Shown here: positions 27,316 through 36,373 of the stretch, one piece after another
Position numbering within the stretch: position 1 is the first letter of the stretch
Layout of the letters: the number at the start of each line of letters is the position of its first letter
Assembly: GCA_016432345.1 (NCBI GenBank)
Contig: CP066685.1
Span: 560,236 to 624,235 of the forward strand
DNA: 64,000 nt
Direction of reading: 5' to 3'
Source of the DNA: Candidatus Levyibacteriota bacterium
Lineage (GTDB): Bacteria > Patescibacteriota > Microgenomatia > Levybacterales > UBA12049
Notes under the pieces: model-generated
Seen by the model: only the letters and a program-made list of their open reading frames with translations
Told to the model about the DNA's origin: nothing
Databases searched by the model: none
Program-made: the position numbers and the translations under genes

Positions 27316-27942
27316 ATGCCAGGAGTTATATATAAAAAAGAGAGAGAGATTTTAGAGTATATTGCGCAGTTTCAAAAGCAATATAGCTACTCGCCAAAAT
27401 TAGCAGAAATTGCCCATGCCACAGGACACAAAAGTATTTCCACAATTCATTCTATTATTCGTTCTTTAGTACAAAAAGGATATATTCAAAAAGTAGAAGG
27501 CAATACACGGGTTCTGAAAATCTTAGATCAAAAAATTGTAGATGCTGCGATTGGTTTGCCGCCGACAATAGAGCTTCCGCTGATGGGGTTTATTGCCGCA
27601 GGAAAGCCGCTTGAACCACATACCGATCCAAATGCCACCTTTCATGTATCTGCTTCTATGATAACTGGGAAAAAAATTGCCTATACCTTACAGGTAAAAG
27701 GAAATTCCATGGTTGAAGACGGTATTTTAGATGGCGATTATGTGGTTATTGAACGCGCAAACGATGCCCAAAATGGCGATATTGTGGTGGCAATTGTTGA
27801 TGATAGTCTAGCCACCTTAAAACGCTTCTACAATGAAAACGGCAAAGTTGTTTTAAAACCCGCAAACTCCTCGATGGAACCAATTTATCCTAACTCGTTA
27901 ACAGTGCAGGGCAGGGTGGTGGGAGTGATTCGAAAGTATTAA
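27316..27942 (+). CDS. lexA: LexA-type repressor/autopeptidase
   Basis: Start reset to ATG 27316 (MPGVIYKKEREILEYI, winged HTH). It has the cleavage site AAG (GFIAAGKP), Ser in VKGNSM and Lys in ATLKRF. Confidence 0.85.
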   Translation: MPGVIYKKEREILEYIAQFQKQYSYSPKLAEIAHATGHKSISTIHSIIRSLVQKGYIQKVEGNTRVLKILDQKIVDAAIGLPPTIELPLMGFIAAGKPLEPHTDPNATFHVSASMITGKKIAYTLQVKGNSMVEDGILDGDYVVIERANDAQNGDIVVAIVDDSLATLKRFYNENGKVVLKPANSSMEPIYPNSLTVQGRVVGVIRKY

Positions 27943-28658
27943 TGGGCACGTTATACATTGTTGCTACACCAATTGGGAATTTACAGGATATTACGCTTCG
28001 GGCAATAGAAATTCTGCAAACAGTTGATGTTATAGTATGTGAAGATACCAGGAGAACCGGAAACCTTCTAACTAATTTTCAATTTTCAATTTTCAATTTT
28101 CAAAAAAACCCAAACAAGCCAAAGCCGCGATTAATTTCTTACTATGAGCAGAATGAGATGCAAAGAATACCCGAGATTATGGCGTTTTTAAAAAATGGTA
28201 TGAATGTAGCTTTGGTGTCTGATGCAGGGACGCCGACAATTTCTGATCCAGGATTTAAATTAGTTAGATTATGTATTCAAGAAGAGGTACGGGTGGAATC
28301 TATTCCTGGACCATCGTCTGTTATTTCAGCATTAGTAAGTTCGGGTCTACCAACCGATAAGTTTTTGTTTGTTGGTTATCCACCCAAAAAAAAGGGCCAC
28401 AGAAAAAAACTCATTACCGATCTTCTTGCTCTTTCAATAAAAACAACGATTATTCTTTTTGAGGCACCTCATCGATTGGTAAAAACACTAGGGGAAATGC
28501 AGGAGATTTTTGGAAATATTGATGTTGTGGTGGCTCGGGAGCTCACAAAAATCCACGAAGAAGTCAGACGGGAAAAAATCTCTGACTCGATCATTCATTT
28601 CGAAAAAACAAATCCTAGGGGGGAATTTGTGATACTATTTTCTTATGAAAGAAATTGA
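27942..28658 (+). CDS. rsmI: 16S rRNA (cytidine1402-2'-O)-methyltransferase
   Basis: 238 aa with GTLYIVATPIGNLQDITLRA, CEDTRRT and SDAGTPTISDPG motifs. It contains the heptamer repeat insertion. Confidence 0.85.
   Translation: MGTLYIVATPIGNLQDITLRAIEILQTVDVIVCEDTRRTGNLLTNFQFSIFNFQKNPNKPKPRLISYYEQNEMQRIPEIMAFLKNGMNVALVSDAGTPTISDPGFKLVRLCIQEEVRVESIPGPSSVISALVSSGLPTDKFLFVGYPPKKKGHRKKLITDLLALSIKTTIILFEAPHRLVKTLGEMQEIFGNIDVVVARELTKIHEEVRREKISDSIIHFEKTNPRGEFVILFSYERN
28074..28101 (+). repeat. Tandem heptamer (AATTTTC)x4 followed by A7, inside rsmI
   Basis: Four exact direct copies counted at 28074-28101, then AAAAAAA at 28102-28108. The repeat is translated as NFQFSIFNFQKN. Confidence 0.9.
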
Positions 28659-28914
28659 AGAGCTGAAATGGGAAATTGAGAAGATAAAAGAGAGAAATAG
28701 ACGAGTGGAGATGGATAAAGCATGGGAAACAAGTTGGACGCGAAAAATCTTTATTGCTGTTTCAACATACGTTTTGGTTGTTATTCTGTTGGTATCAATT
28801 GATGCAGACAAACCGTTTTTTTCCGCAGTTGTACCAGCTATTGCTTATTTAATTTCAACTACCTCGCTTGGGATTATTAAATCTTGGTGGTTGTGTAGAC
28901 AAGGACGTAGCTAA
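28645..28914 (+). CDS. Small two-TM membrane protein
   Basis: 89 aa with a charged helical N-terminus and two hydrophobic segments. It overlaps the rsmI end by 14 nt. Confidence 0.5.
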   Translation: MKEIEELKWEIEKIKERNRRVEMDKAWETSWTRKIFIAVSTYVLVVILLVSIDADKPFFSAVVPAIAYLISTTSLGIIKSWWLCRQGRS

Positions 28915-28918
28915 AAGT

Positions 28919-29713
28919 TTATTGTTGATTTGGAATTTCTAGTCGAAGGTAAGGACAAACAATTTTTCTTACTTCCTGCAAGGAGAGATGACCATTTCTA
29001 ATAGTTTGGGCAAGTCTATGAGTAATAGTTGCCGGTGTAGGATTGAGGTCATCAAAAATAATTCCCGCCCTAAGAACCCCTTTTTTTAGATGTCCTCCGT
29101 GAAAAAAATCTTCTGCTTTTTCAAAAATACCTATTTCACCCATAGGATATTCGATCGCAAGTTTGTTTTTTTTGCCGATATCAGGTTTTAATTGTGGATG
29201 AAAAATCGTATTTCCTGTTTCATCAAGAGTAAAAAGAGTAAAACCGTTGGGTAATACAAGTTGTAAGTTATCATCGTCGTGAATTCTACAAAAAGGGGTG
29301 GTATTTTGGATAATGGCAGCAATCTGCGAAAAAATATTAGGAGGTAGAAAGCTGATGTCGGTTTGCAAAATCTGCTGCAACCGAGAATCAATTATTGGAG
29401 CAATTTCTCCATGTAGATGATGAATTGTTCCATCGTTTCCTTCCCAGACATTGAAATAGTAGCTATTAGCAGGAATAAGATCAACAATAGTTTTATCTTG
29501 TGATGTTTGAGCATCAAAGCCAACGATTGGTTTTCCGCCTGCAATAGTATCGAAACGAGACAGATTTGGTTGACCAATAGCTGTTATTTGCACGTCCCTT
29601 GCGATATTCCCATCTGGTCCTTGGACAAAAGCTTGTGTTTTAATTCCTGGCCCATCCAGATGAAAAGCTTGTAAAGGGGAAGGTTTATATGTTTCGCAGT
29701 TTACTTTGTTCAT
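28919..29713 (-). CDS. Hypothetical protein (264 aa)
   Basis: Long clean ORF downstream of the acyl-CoA synthetase gene. I recognise no motif. Confidence 0.55.
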   Translation of the reverse strand: MNKVNCETYKPSPLQAFHLDGPGIKTQAFVQGPDGNIARDVQITAIGQPNLSRFDTIAGGKPIVGFDAQTSQDKTIVDLIPANSYYFNVWEGNDGTIHHLHGEIAPIIDSRLQQILQTDISFLPPNIFSQIAAIIQNTTPFCRIHDDDNLQLVLPNGFTLFTLDETGNTIFHPQLKPDIGKKNKLAIEYPMGEIGIFEKAEDFFHGGHLKKGVLRAGIIFDDLNPTPATITHRLAQTIRNGHLSLQEVRKIVCPYLRLEIPNQQ

Positions 29714-29755
29714 GCTTGCATTATGCTTGAAAAATAGGAAAAAGCAAGAGGTATT

Positions 29756-31504
29756 TTAGTATTCTTCAAGAGTTGAGGTATCGCCGATGGGAAGGCCTAG
29801 TTCTTTAGCTTTGAGTATTCTTCTCATAATTTTACCGCTTCTGGTTTTGGGTAGTTTGTTGACAAACTCAATCTCTCGTGGGTACGCGTGGCCTGCCAAA
29901 TGTCTTTTAACATGTTCTTGTAAAACTTCTTTAAGTTCGTCCGATGGTGTAATTCCTTTTTTTAGCACCACAAATGCCTTAATAATTTCACCTCGCAGTT
30001 TATCCGGTTTGCCAATTACACCTGCTTCGGCAACAGACAAATGCTCGATAAGCGCTGATTCAACTTCGAAAGGTCCAACCCTTTCTCCTGATGTTTTTAT
30101 GACATCATCGGCTCTGCCTATAAACCAAAAGTAGTTATCGTCGTCTTTCCATGCCCGATCACCCGAAATATACCAGCCGTTAACAAAATATGAGCTATAC
30201 TTTTTTTTATTTTTCCAGATTTCTTTCATCAGAGATGGAAAGTTTGGTTTTAGAGCTAAGTTTCCTTCTTGTTTGTTGGGAATAACTTTGCCTTGATCGT
30301 CAACAATTGCTGCAATAACACCAGGAATAGGTTTACCCATAGAGCCGACTTTTATGTCCATTGCGGGATAATTGGCAATACAAATTGCCCCCAGTTCTGT
30401 TTGCCACCAATTATCGTGAAAGGGGAGTCCGAAAGCCTTTATTCCCCACAAAAGCGCTTCTGGATTAAGAGGTTCGCCCACACTGGCCATATGCCGCAGT
30501 GCTGAAAGATGGTATTTTTTAACTTTATCTGTTCCTTCACTCATGAGCATGCGAATGGCTGTTGGGGCTGTATACCAAACTGTTACTTTGTAATCTTGTA
30601 AAATGGCGTACCAGCGATCTGCATTAAACCTGCCGTCAAAAATAATACATGATGCGCCATTGGCCCATGTTCCTAATATTTCATAGGCAATTCCCGTAAC
30701 CCAACCAGGATCAGCCGTACACCAGTAGACATCATCTTCTTTTAAATCTAAAACCCACTTTGCCGATGAATATTCTTGAATTATGGCCTCGTGTTTGTGC
30801 ACAACGCCTTTGGGCTTTCCAGTAGTGCCCGAAGTATATAACATAAACGATGGATCGTCTTTTTTCATGGGTGTTGCGCTAAATTCTTTGTCTGCCTTTT
30901 TTAGTTCTTTATGGAAAAAAAGCAGATGTTCGTGATGAGGAAATTCAAATGCTCCACGTTCAACAATAATAATGTGTTTTAAGTGGGGGAGTTTTTTCCA
31001 AATTTTCTCAACCCGTTTAAAAAGCTCGGCATTGGTAATTAAAAGTGACGCCTCGCTATTTTGTAGCCGATCAAAAAGCGCTTGTTCTTGAAATGCGGCA
31101 AAAAGCGTTCCGGCAATTGCGCCGATTTTAAGGATTCCCAAAAATGCAATAAAGAGCTCGGGAATTCTGGGGAGAAAAATAAACACTCGCTCTCCCTTTT
31201 TAATATTGTGATTATGAAGGACATTTGCAAATTGATTAGAGCTTTCGGATAGCTGCGCAAAAGTATATTGTTCTTTTATTCCCTGCTCGGATTCGTAATA
31301 CAGGGCAATTTTATTTTTCCTAAAATTCTGCGCGTTTACATCAACTGCAATATATGCAGCATTGAGTTTGTGATGAGCAAAAGAAGCAAGTTCCTTTTCG
31401 ATATCAGCCCAAGAAAAGTTTTTACATGCTTTCTCGTAATCAGGCATATTTGCCCTCTCTATTTGCTGTTTTGTTTTTTTTATAGATTTTGTATCAGTAA
31501 TCAT
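29756..31504 (-). CDS. AMP-forming acyl/acetyl-CoA synthetase
   Basis: Start reset to ATG 31504, 1 nt after the gpmA stop (TAA 31508-31506). It has the AMP-binding motif YTSGTTGKPKGV and C-terminal PKTRSGKIMRR. The longer track ORF overlaps gpmA. Confidence 0.8.
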   Translation of the reverse strand: MITDTKSIKKTKQQIERANMPDYEKACKNFSWADIEKELASFAHHKLNAAYIAVDVNAQNFRKNKIALYYESEQGIKEQYTFAQLSESSNQFANVLHNHNIKKGERVFIFLPRIPELFIAFLGILKIGAIAGTLFAAFQEQALFDRLQNSEASLLITNAELFKRVEKIWKKLPHLKHIIIVERGAFEFPHHEHLLFFHKELKKADKEFSATPMKKDDPSFMLYTSGTTGKPKGVVHKHEAIIQEYSSAKWVLDLKEDDVYWCTADPGWVTGIAYEILGTWANGASCIIFDGRFNADRWYAILQDYKVTVWYTAPTAIRMLMSEGTDKVKKYHLSALRHMASVGEPLNPEALLWGIKAFGLPFHDNWWQTELGAICIANYPAMDIKVGSMGKPIPGVIAAIVDDQGKVIPNKQEGNLALKPNFPSLMKEIWKNKKKYSSYFVNGWYISGDRAWKDDDNYFWFIGRADDVIKTSGERVGPFEVESALIEHLSVAEAGVIGKPDKLRGEIIKAFVVLKKGITPSDELKEVLQEHVKRHLAGHAYPREIEFVNKLPKTRSGKIMRRILKAKELGLPIGDTSTLEEY

Positions 31505-31505
31505 A

Positions 31506-32111
31506 TTAGCGGATTTGCTTGTTTGCAACTTCGCCGTTTTGACCGATTTGGTAGACATATATACCGCCGGTTGGGAGCTCGAGTTTTGGGATATCAATGT
31601 CGGAAATGTTTTCGAGATATTTAATTAGCGCCCGCAAAGAATTGCCGTGGGCAGAAATAAGTATGTTTGTTCCAGATTTTAGTTTTGGCAGTATTGAGCT
31701 TTTATAATAGGGAATAACACGTTCGTATACCTGTTTTAATGATTCGCCATTGGGAATTTGAAAATCGAAGCTGCGTCTAATTTGCAGAAACTTATTCTCT
31801 CCAACTTTTTGTTGAATCTCCCATTTATTTTTTCCGGTAAAATCGCCATAATCTCGTTCGTTAAGAGCCTTATCATAAAATATAGGAATACCTGCTTTTC
31901 CAATAATATCCAATATAATCGTACCTGTATCTATTGCTCGACAAAGTTTAGAAGTAAACATTTCGTCAATTGGTAAATCTTTTATTATTTGGGCTGCTTG
32001 CTTTGCTTCTTCTTTGCCTTTTTGGGAAAGACCAATGTCGGTTAAGCCGGTCCATAAACCTTTGGCATTCCACTCCGACTCACCATGGCGAACAAGTATT
32101 AGATAAGCCAT
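31506..32111 (-). CDS. gpmA: Phosphoglycerate mutase, histidine-phosphatase (dPGM) type
   Basis: 201 aa with LILVRHGESEWNAKGLWTG and a second His in ISAHGNSLRAL. Confidence 0.85.
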   Translation of the reverse strand: MAYLILVRHGESEWNAKGLWTGLTDIGLSQKGKEEAKQAAQIIKDLPIDEMFTSKLCRAIDTGTIILDIIGKAGIPIFYDKALNERDYGDFTGKNKWEIQQKVGENKFLQIRRSFDFQIPNGESLKQVYERVIPYYKSSILPKLKSGTNILISAHGNSLRALIKYLENISDIDIPKLELPTGGIYVYQIGQNGEVANKQIR

Positions 32112-33367
32112 TATGTTGTTGTTAGTTCTGATTCAATCTTTAATAACCTATTATATTTTGCCACTCGTTCTCCCCGGGCCGGGGCGCCGAATTTAACAAA
32201 ATCGGCATTTATTCCAACTGCAAAGTCGGCGATGAAATCGTCGTTTGTTTCGCCGCTTCTATGGGAAACAACTGTTTTGATATTTGCTTGTTTGGCAATT
32301 GCCGCAACAGCTATTGCTTCACTAATTGTTCCTATCTGATTTGGTTTGATAATTATGCCTGTTGCCGCCTTTTTTTCGATGGCCAATTTTAGTCTTTCTG
32401 GATTGGTTACCAACAGGTCGTCGCCTACCACAATTGTTTCTTTGCCAGAAAGAGCGGAAGCAAGCTGTGTCCAATTATCCCAATCATCTTCAGCCAACGC
32501 ATCTTCAAGGAATAAAAATCGGTACTCGTTATTTAGTTGTGTGTACAAAGCAATAAGTTCCGAGGCGCTTGCGCCATTTGGGTTTTCTTTTAGAATATAT
32601 TTTCCGTCTTTATAAAAACTTGATGCTGCCACATCAAGACCAACAGACATATCTTTAGCAAAAACAAGTTGTGTTTGTTCGATGGCTTGCTTTATAAAGG
32701 ACAAAGCAGCCTTATTATTTGATAGCACTGGTCCAAAGCCTCCTTCATCGCCTACCAAGATTGATAGATGATTTTGTTCAAGAAGTTTTTTAAGAGAAAA
32801 ATATACCGAAACTGCTTGTTCTAGCCCCTTTGAAAAGGGAGTTTGACGATTTGGAATAACAATAAATTCCTGAAAGTCTATGTTTTCTCCGGCATGTTTT
32901 CCGCCGTTTAAAATATTAAAAAATGGAGTAGGCACCGCAACACTTAAATTACCTGTTATTCTTTGGATGTATCTATAGATTGGAATTTTTTCGCTTACAC
33001 TTTGCGCTTTGGCAACGGCAATCGAAGCAGAAAGTATGGTGTTAGCGCCTAATTTTGCCTTATTTGGTGTGCCGTCTAAAGCAGTTAGTATTGCGTCTAT
33101 ATCTTTTTGGACTCCCGCTTCTTTACCAATAAGTTGTGGGCCAACAATATTTTCTATGTTTGAAACTGCCTGCAAAACTCCTTTGCCATTGTATCTGCTG
33201 TTGTCGTTATCCCTAAGTTCAACTGCTTCGTGCATCCCGGTTGAGGCGCCGCTTGGACAGGAAGCTGTTCCTACAGATCCGTCCTCTAAAATAACTGTTG
33301 TTTCAATTGTAGGATTACCTCTGGAGTCCAAAATTTCGCGGGCAAAGACTTGTTTTATTTTTGCCAT
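32111..33367 (-). CDS. eno: Enolase
   Basis: 418 aa with REILDSRGNPTIE and the SHRSGETND motif. Confidence 0.95.
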   Translation of the reverse strand: MAKIKQVFAREILDSRGNPTIETTVILEDGSVGTASCPSGASTGMHEAVELRDNDNSRYNGKGVLQAVSNIENIVGPQLIGKEAGVQKDIDAILTALDGTPNKAKLGANTILSASIAVAKAQSVSEKIPIYRYIQRITGNLSVAVPTPFFNILNGGKHAGENIDFQEFIVIPNRQTPFSKGLEQAVSVYFSLKKLLEQNHLSILVGDEGGFGPVLSNNKAALSFIKQAIEQTQLVFAKDMSVGLDVAASSFYKDGKYILKENPNGASASELIALYTQLNNEYRFLFLEDALAEDDWDNWTQLASALSGKETIVVGDDLLVTNPERLKLAIEKKAATGIIIKPNQIGTISEAIAVAAIAKQANIKTVVSHRSGETNDDFIADFAVGINADFVKFGAPARGERVAKYNRLLKIESELTTT

Positions 33368-35643
33368 TATTTTTTATCTAATTTTTTTTCAACAATTGCA
33401 ATGTTTTCCCGTGTTACATCAATTGCGTCTGGAGATACAGAAACAGATGTGATACCCCATTCCACTAATTTTTCGACAAGGTCTGGATATTGAGAGGGAG
33501 CTTGTCCGCACATCGAGCAGGTAATATGGTGTTTTTTGCAAGTAGTGATGATTTTTTCAAATGCCCACAATACTGCCGGATTGCGCTCGTTGTAAATTTG
33601 GGCTACTTCGCTATTGTCGCGGTCTGTGCCTAAAATTAGCATAGTTAGATCATTTGAGCCAATAGACACCCCATCAATGCCGCATTTTATAAAATCTTCA
33701 ACCAAAATAACATTTGATGGTATTTCTACCATCACCCACAGTTTAAACGAAGAAGAACGTTTTAATCCAGATTTTTCCACCAGTTTCATCACACCGTTAA
33801 GTTCTTCGACAGTCCTTACAAAAGGAATCATCAGCCATAAATTGTCTAAGTGATGTTTGTTTCTAACCCGTTTTATGGCTTCAAGTTCTAAATTAAAAAC
33901 ATTTGGATCACTAACATAGCGAAACGCGCCTCTATATCCAAGCATGGGGTTTTCTTCGTGCGGTTCGTAGTCTTTTCCACCGATTAAATTGCGGTATTCG
34001 TTGGTCTTAAAATCAGAAGCCCGGTAAACTACCGGGCGGGGGTGAAAAGCCTTACAAAATTTAAGAAGGCTTTCAGTCAGCTTCTCGGTAAAGACGTGTC
34101 CCTTGCCATCTCTAATCAATTTTTTAGGATGCGTGCCAATGTTGGCAATCATAAACTCGGCCCGTAATAATCCAATGCCATCGGCATTTTTTTGAGCAAC
34201 TTTTTCGGCCAAATCTGGCTGCGCCAAATTAACATACACATTTGTTCTGGTCTTTATTCGAAGCACGCTCTTGGCAAAACCTTTTGCTTCTTCACTTTGA
34301 ATATACGATCCTTTATAGATTTCTCCTAAACTTCCGTTGACTGTGATAACCATGCCATTTTTAATTTGTTTGGTGGCATTTTCTGCTCCAACCACCGCCG
34401 GAATTCCCAGTTCCCGCGACACAATGGCCGCATGGGAAGTTCGTCCGCCGGCATCGGTAACAATTGCCACTGCCTTTTTCATGGCCGGGACAAAATCCGG
34501 GTTGGTTTGCGGCGCAACAAGTACTTCACCAGACAACACTTTGCCAATTTCTTTGGCTGATTTTATTATTCGAGCAGGCCCGGAAACCATACCAGGACTG
34601 GCGGGGCTGCCTTTAAGAAGCAAATTTGCTTTTTTCCACTTTTCGTCTTCTTCGTTTACCTTTTCATCTTTTGCTTTGTTGCCAAGAGTTGTTACCGGCC
34701 GCGTTTGGACTAAATAGAGAGTATTTTTTTCGATTGCCCATTCTGTGTCTTGCGGAAAATAATAATGTTTTTCAAGTTTTCGGCCAAGAAGGGCAAGGTC
34801 CATAATATTGTTGTCTGTAATTTTTTGTTTTGATCCTTCATTTTCGGATAATTTTACTTCTTTGTTTTCGGTGCCGACTTTTTTGAGCATGGTTTTTTGA
34901 TAGGCGGTTGACTTAGATAAAATTTTTAGATCTTTTTTTGACACTTCATAGTGGTCTGGGGTAGCCGCACCCTGCACGATAAGTTCGCCCAGTCCATAAA
35001 TTGCTTCAATAATAATTTTTGATTTGTCGTTGGTAATTGGATCAATGGAAAACATCACACCTGATTTTTCGGACTGCACCATTTTTTGCACTGGTATGGC
35101 GATGCCAACTTTAAAGTGGGAAAATTTTTGCTCTTCTCGATAAAAAATTGCCCGCTCGTTAAATAGCGACGCCCACGCCTCTTTTATTTTTTGCACTAGC
35201 ACAGCTTCTCCCTTGACATTAAGAAATGTTTCTTGCTGGCCGGCAAAACTGGCTGTAGGCAAATCTTCGGCTGTGGCTGACGACCTAACGGCAACAAGCG
35301 CATCCTCCAACGGACCGCTAAGTAATTTGTAGGCGTTAAAGATTTCCTTGACAAGCTCTTCTGAAAGTTTGCCGTCCATGATGTATTTTTTAATATGCTT
35401 GGAGACCTGCATTAAAGATTCTGGTTTTTCTAAGTTGGCAGTGTTTAAGATGTGTTTAATTTTTTGGACCAGATTGTTTTCTTTAAGATAAGTGTAATAC
35501 GCGTGGGAGGTTACAATAAAACCGTTGGGAACCGGAAAGGAAGCTTTGACCATTTCTCCTAAGTTGGCGCCCTTTCCTCCCACTAATTCTATATCATGCT
35601 TATCAACTTCGGAGAACCAAAGTATATACTTGTTTTGCTTCAT
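33367..35643 (-). CDS. ppsA: Phosphoenolpyruvate synthase (pyruvate, water dikinase)
   Basis: 758 aa with VGGKGANLGEM, the phospho-His context GGRTSHAAIVSRELGIPAV, and a C-terminal PEP-utilising TIM domain. Confidence 0.9.
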   Translation of the reverse strand: MKQNKYILWFSEVDKHDIELVGGKGANLGEMVKASFPVPNGFIVTSHAYYTYLKENNLVQKIKHILNTANLEKPESLMQVSKHIKKYIMDGKLSEELVKEIFNAYKLLSGPLEDALVAVRSSATAEDLPTASFAGQQETFLNVKGEAVLVQKIKEAWASLFNERAIFYREEQKFSHFKVGIAIPVQKMVQSEKSGVMFSIDPITNDKSKIIIEAIYGLGELIVQGAATPDHYEVSKKDLKILSKSTAYQKTMLKKVGTENKEVKLSENEGSKQKITDNNIMDLALLGRKLEKHYYFPQDTEWAIEKNTLYLVQTRPVTTLGNKAKDEKVNEEDEKWKKANLLLKGSPASPGMVSGPARIIKSAKEIGKVLSGEVLVAPQTNPDFVPAMKKAVAIVTDAGGRTSHAAIVSRELGIPAVVGAENATKQIKNGMVITVNGSLGEIYKGSYIQSEEAKGFAKSVLRIKTRTNVYVNLAQPDLAEKVAQKNADGIGLLRAEFMIANIGTHPKKLIRDGKGHVFTEKLTESLLKFCKAFHPRPVVYRASDFKTNEYRNLIGGKDYEPHEENPMLGYRGAFRYVSDPNVFNLELEAIKRVRNKHHLDNLWLMIPFVRTVEELNGVMKLVEKSGLKRSSSFKLWVMVEIPSNVILVEDFIKCGIDGVSIGSNDLTMLILGTDRDNSEVAQIYNERNPAVLWAFEKIITTCKKHHITCSMCGQAPSQYPDLVEKLVEWGITSVSVSPDAIDVTRENIAIVEKKLDKK

Positions 35644-35711
35644 CTACACGATATTATGCAAAAGATTTTTGTCTTTGACAAGAGGGAATTTTTTAGCATA
35701 TAGTATATATA

Positions 35712-36011
35712 ATGCCTAAAGTAACGGATTTATCCTCGTTTCAATCCCTCTATCTGCAAACTGCCAAAGAAAATGCGCAGGCTTTAAAAGACGGTTTGGA
35801 AAAGGGAGATATTGAAATTGCCTATAGAAACGCTCACACGCTAAAAAGCAAAAGTTTTGTGATGGGATATCAAGAAATAGGAAATCTGGCCAAAGTCATA
35901 GAAGACACTCTTTACAATATAAAAAACAACAAAGCTGTACTTTCGCAGGAAACACTTAAAATACTAACAGATCAAACAACGCGAATTGAAACGCTGCTGT
36001 TTCAGATATGA
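35712..36011 (+). CDS. HPt (histidine phosphotransfer) domain protein
   Basis: 99 aa four-helix-type sequence with the phospho-His context AHTLKSKS. Confidence 0.7.
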   Translation: MPKVTDLSSFQSLYLQTAKENAQALKDGLEKGDIEIAYRNAHTLKSKSFVMGYQEIGNLAKVIEDTLYNIKNNKAVLSQETLKILTDQTTRIETLLFQI

Positions 36012-36373
36012 AAATTTTAATTGCCGAAGATGACGCATTTTTCCAAAAATTTTACAGCACCAAACTAACTGAAAAAGACTTTGAAGTAATTACGGCATCG
36101 GATGGAGAGGAAACACTGGCAAAAGTTTTAGAGTCAAAACCAGACCTAATTTTATTAGATCTGATTATGCCCAAGAAGGACGGTTTTGAAGTGCTGACTG
36201 CGCTTTCTAAAGACGCAATTAGCAAAGATATACCAGTGATTGTTTTTTCGTCTCTTGGTCAAGAACAAGATGTTAAAAGGGCCAAAACGCTTGGAGCCAA
36301 AGACTATATAAATAAAGGGTTTTATGATTTTGATTCTTTAGTTGCAAAAATATCAATGTATAAAAAACAATGA
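36008..36373 (+). CDS. Response regulator receiver, stand-alone
   Basis: 121 aa with KILIAEDD and LILLDLIMPKKDG. There are 4-nt overlaps with the HPt gene and pilB. Confidence 0.85.
   Translation: MKILIAEDDAFFQKFYSTKLTEKDFEVITASDGEETLAKVLESKPDLILLDLIMPKKDGFEVLTALSKDAISKDIPVIVFSSLGQEQDVKRAKTLGAKDYINKGFYDFDSLVAKISMYKKQ

Noticed and set aside
19950-27942. Longer N-termini given by the ORF track for nadB (to 21491), uvrB (to 27286) and lexA (from 27262)
   Set aside because: The extensions are hydrophobic or low-complexity and overlap the divergent neighbour. They precede internal ATGs where family-typical N-termini begin (FAD fold of NadB, MKFELVSPF of UvrB, HTH of LexA).
28074-28101. Tandem repeats as a possible CRISPR array; also (NCNPDP)x2 at about 18.48 kb
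   Set aside because: The units are 7 nt and 18 nt, contiguous without spacers, and lie inside coding sequence. No CRISPR-like repeat-spacer architecture exists anywhere in the window.
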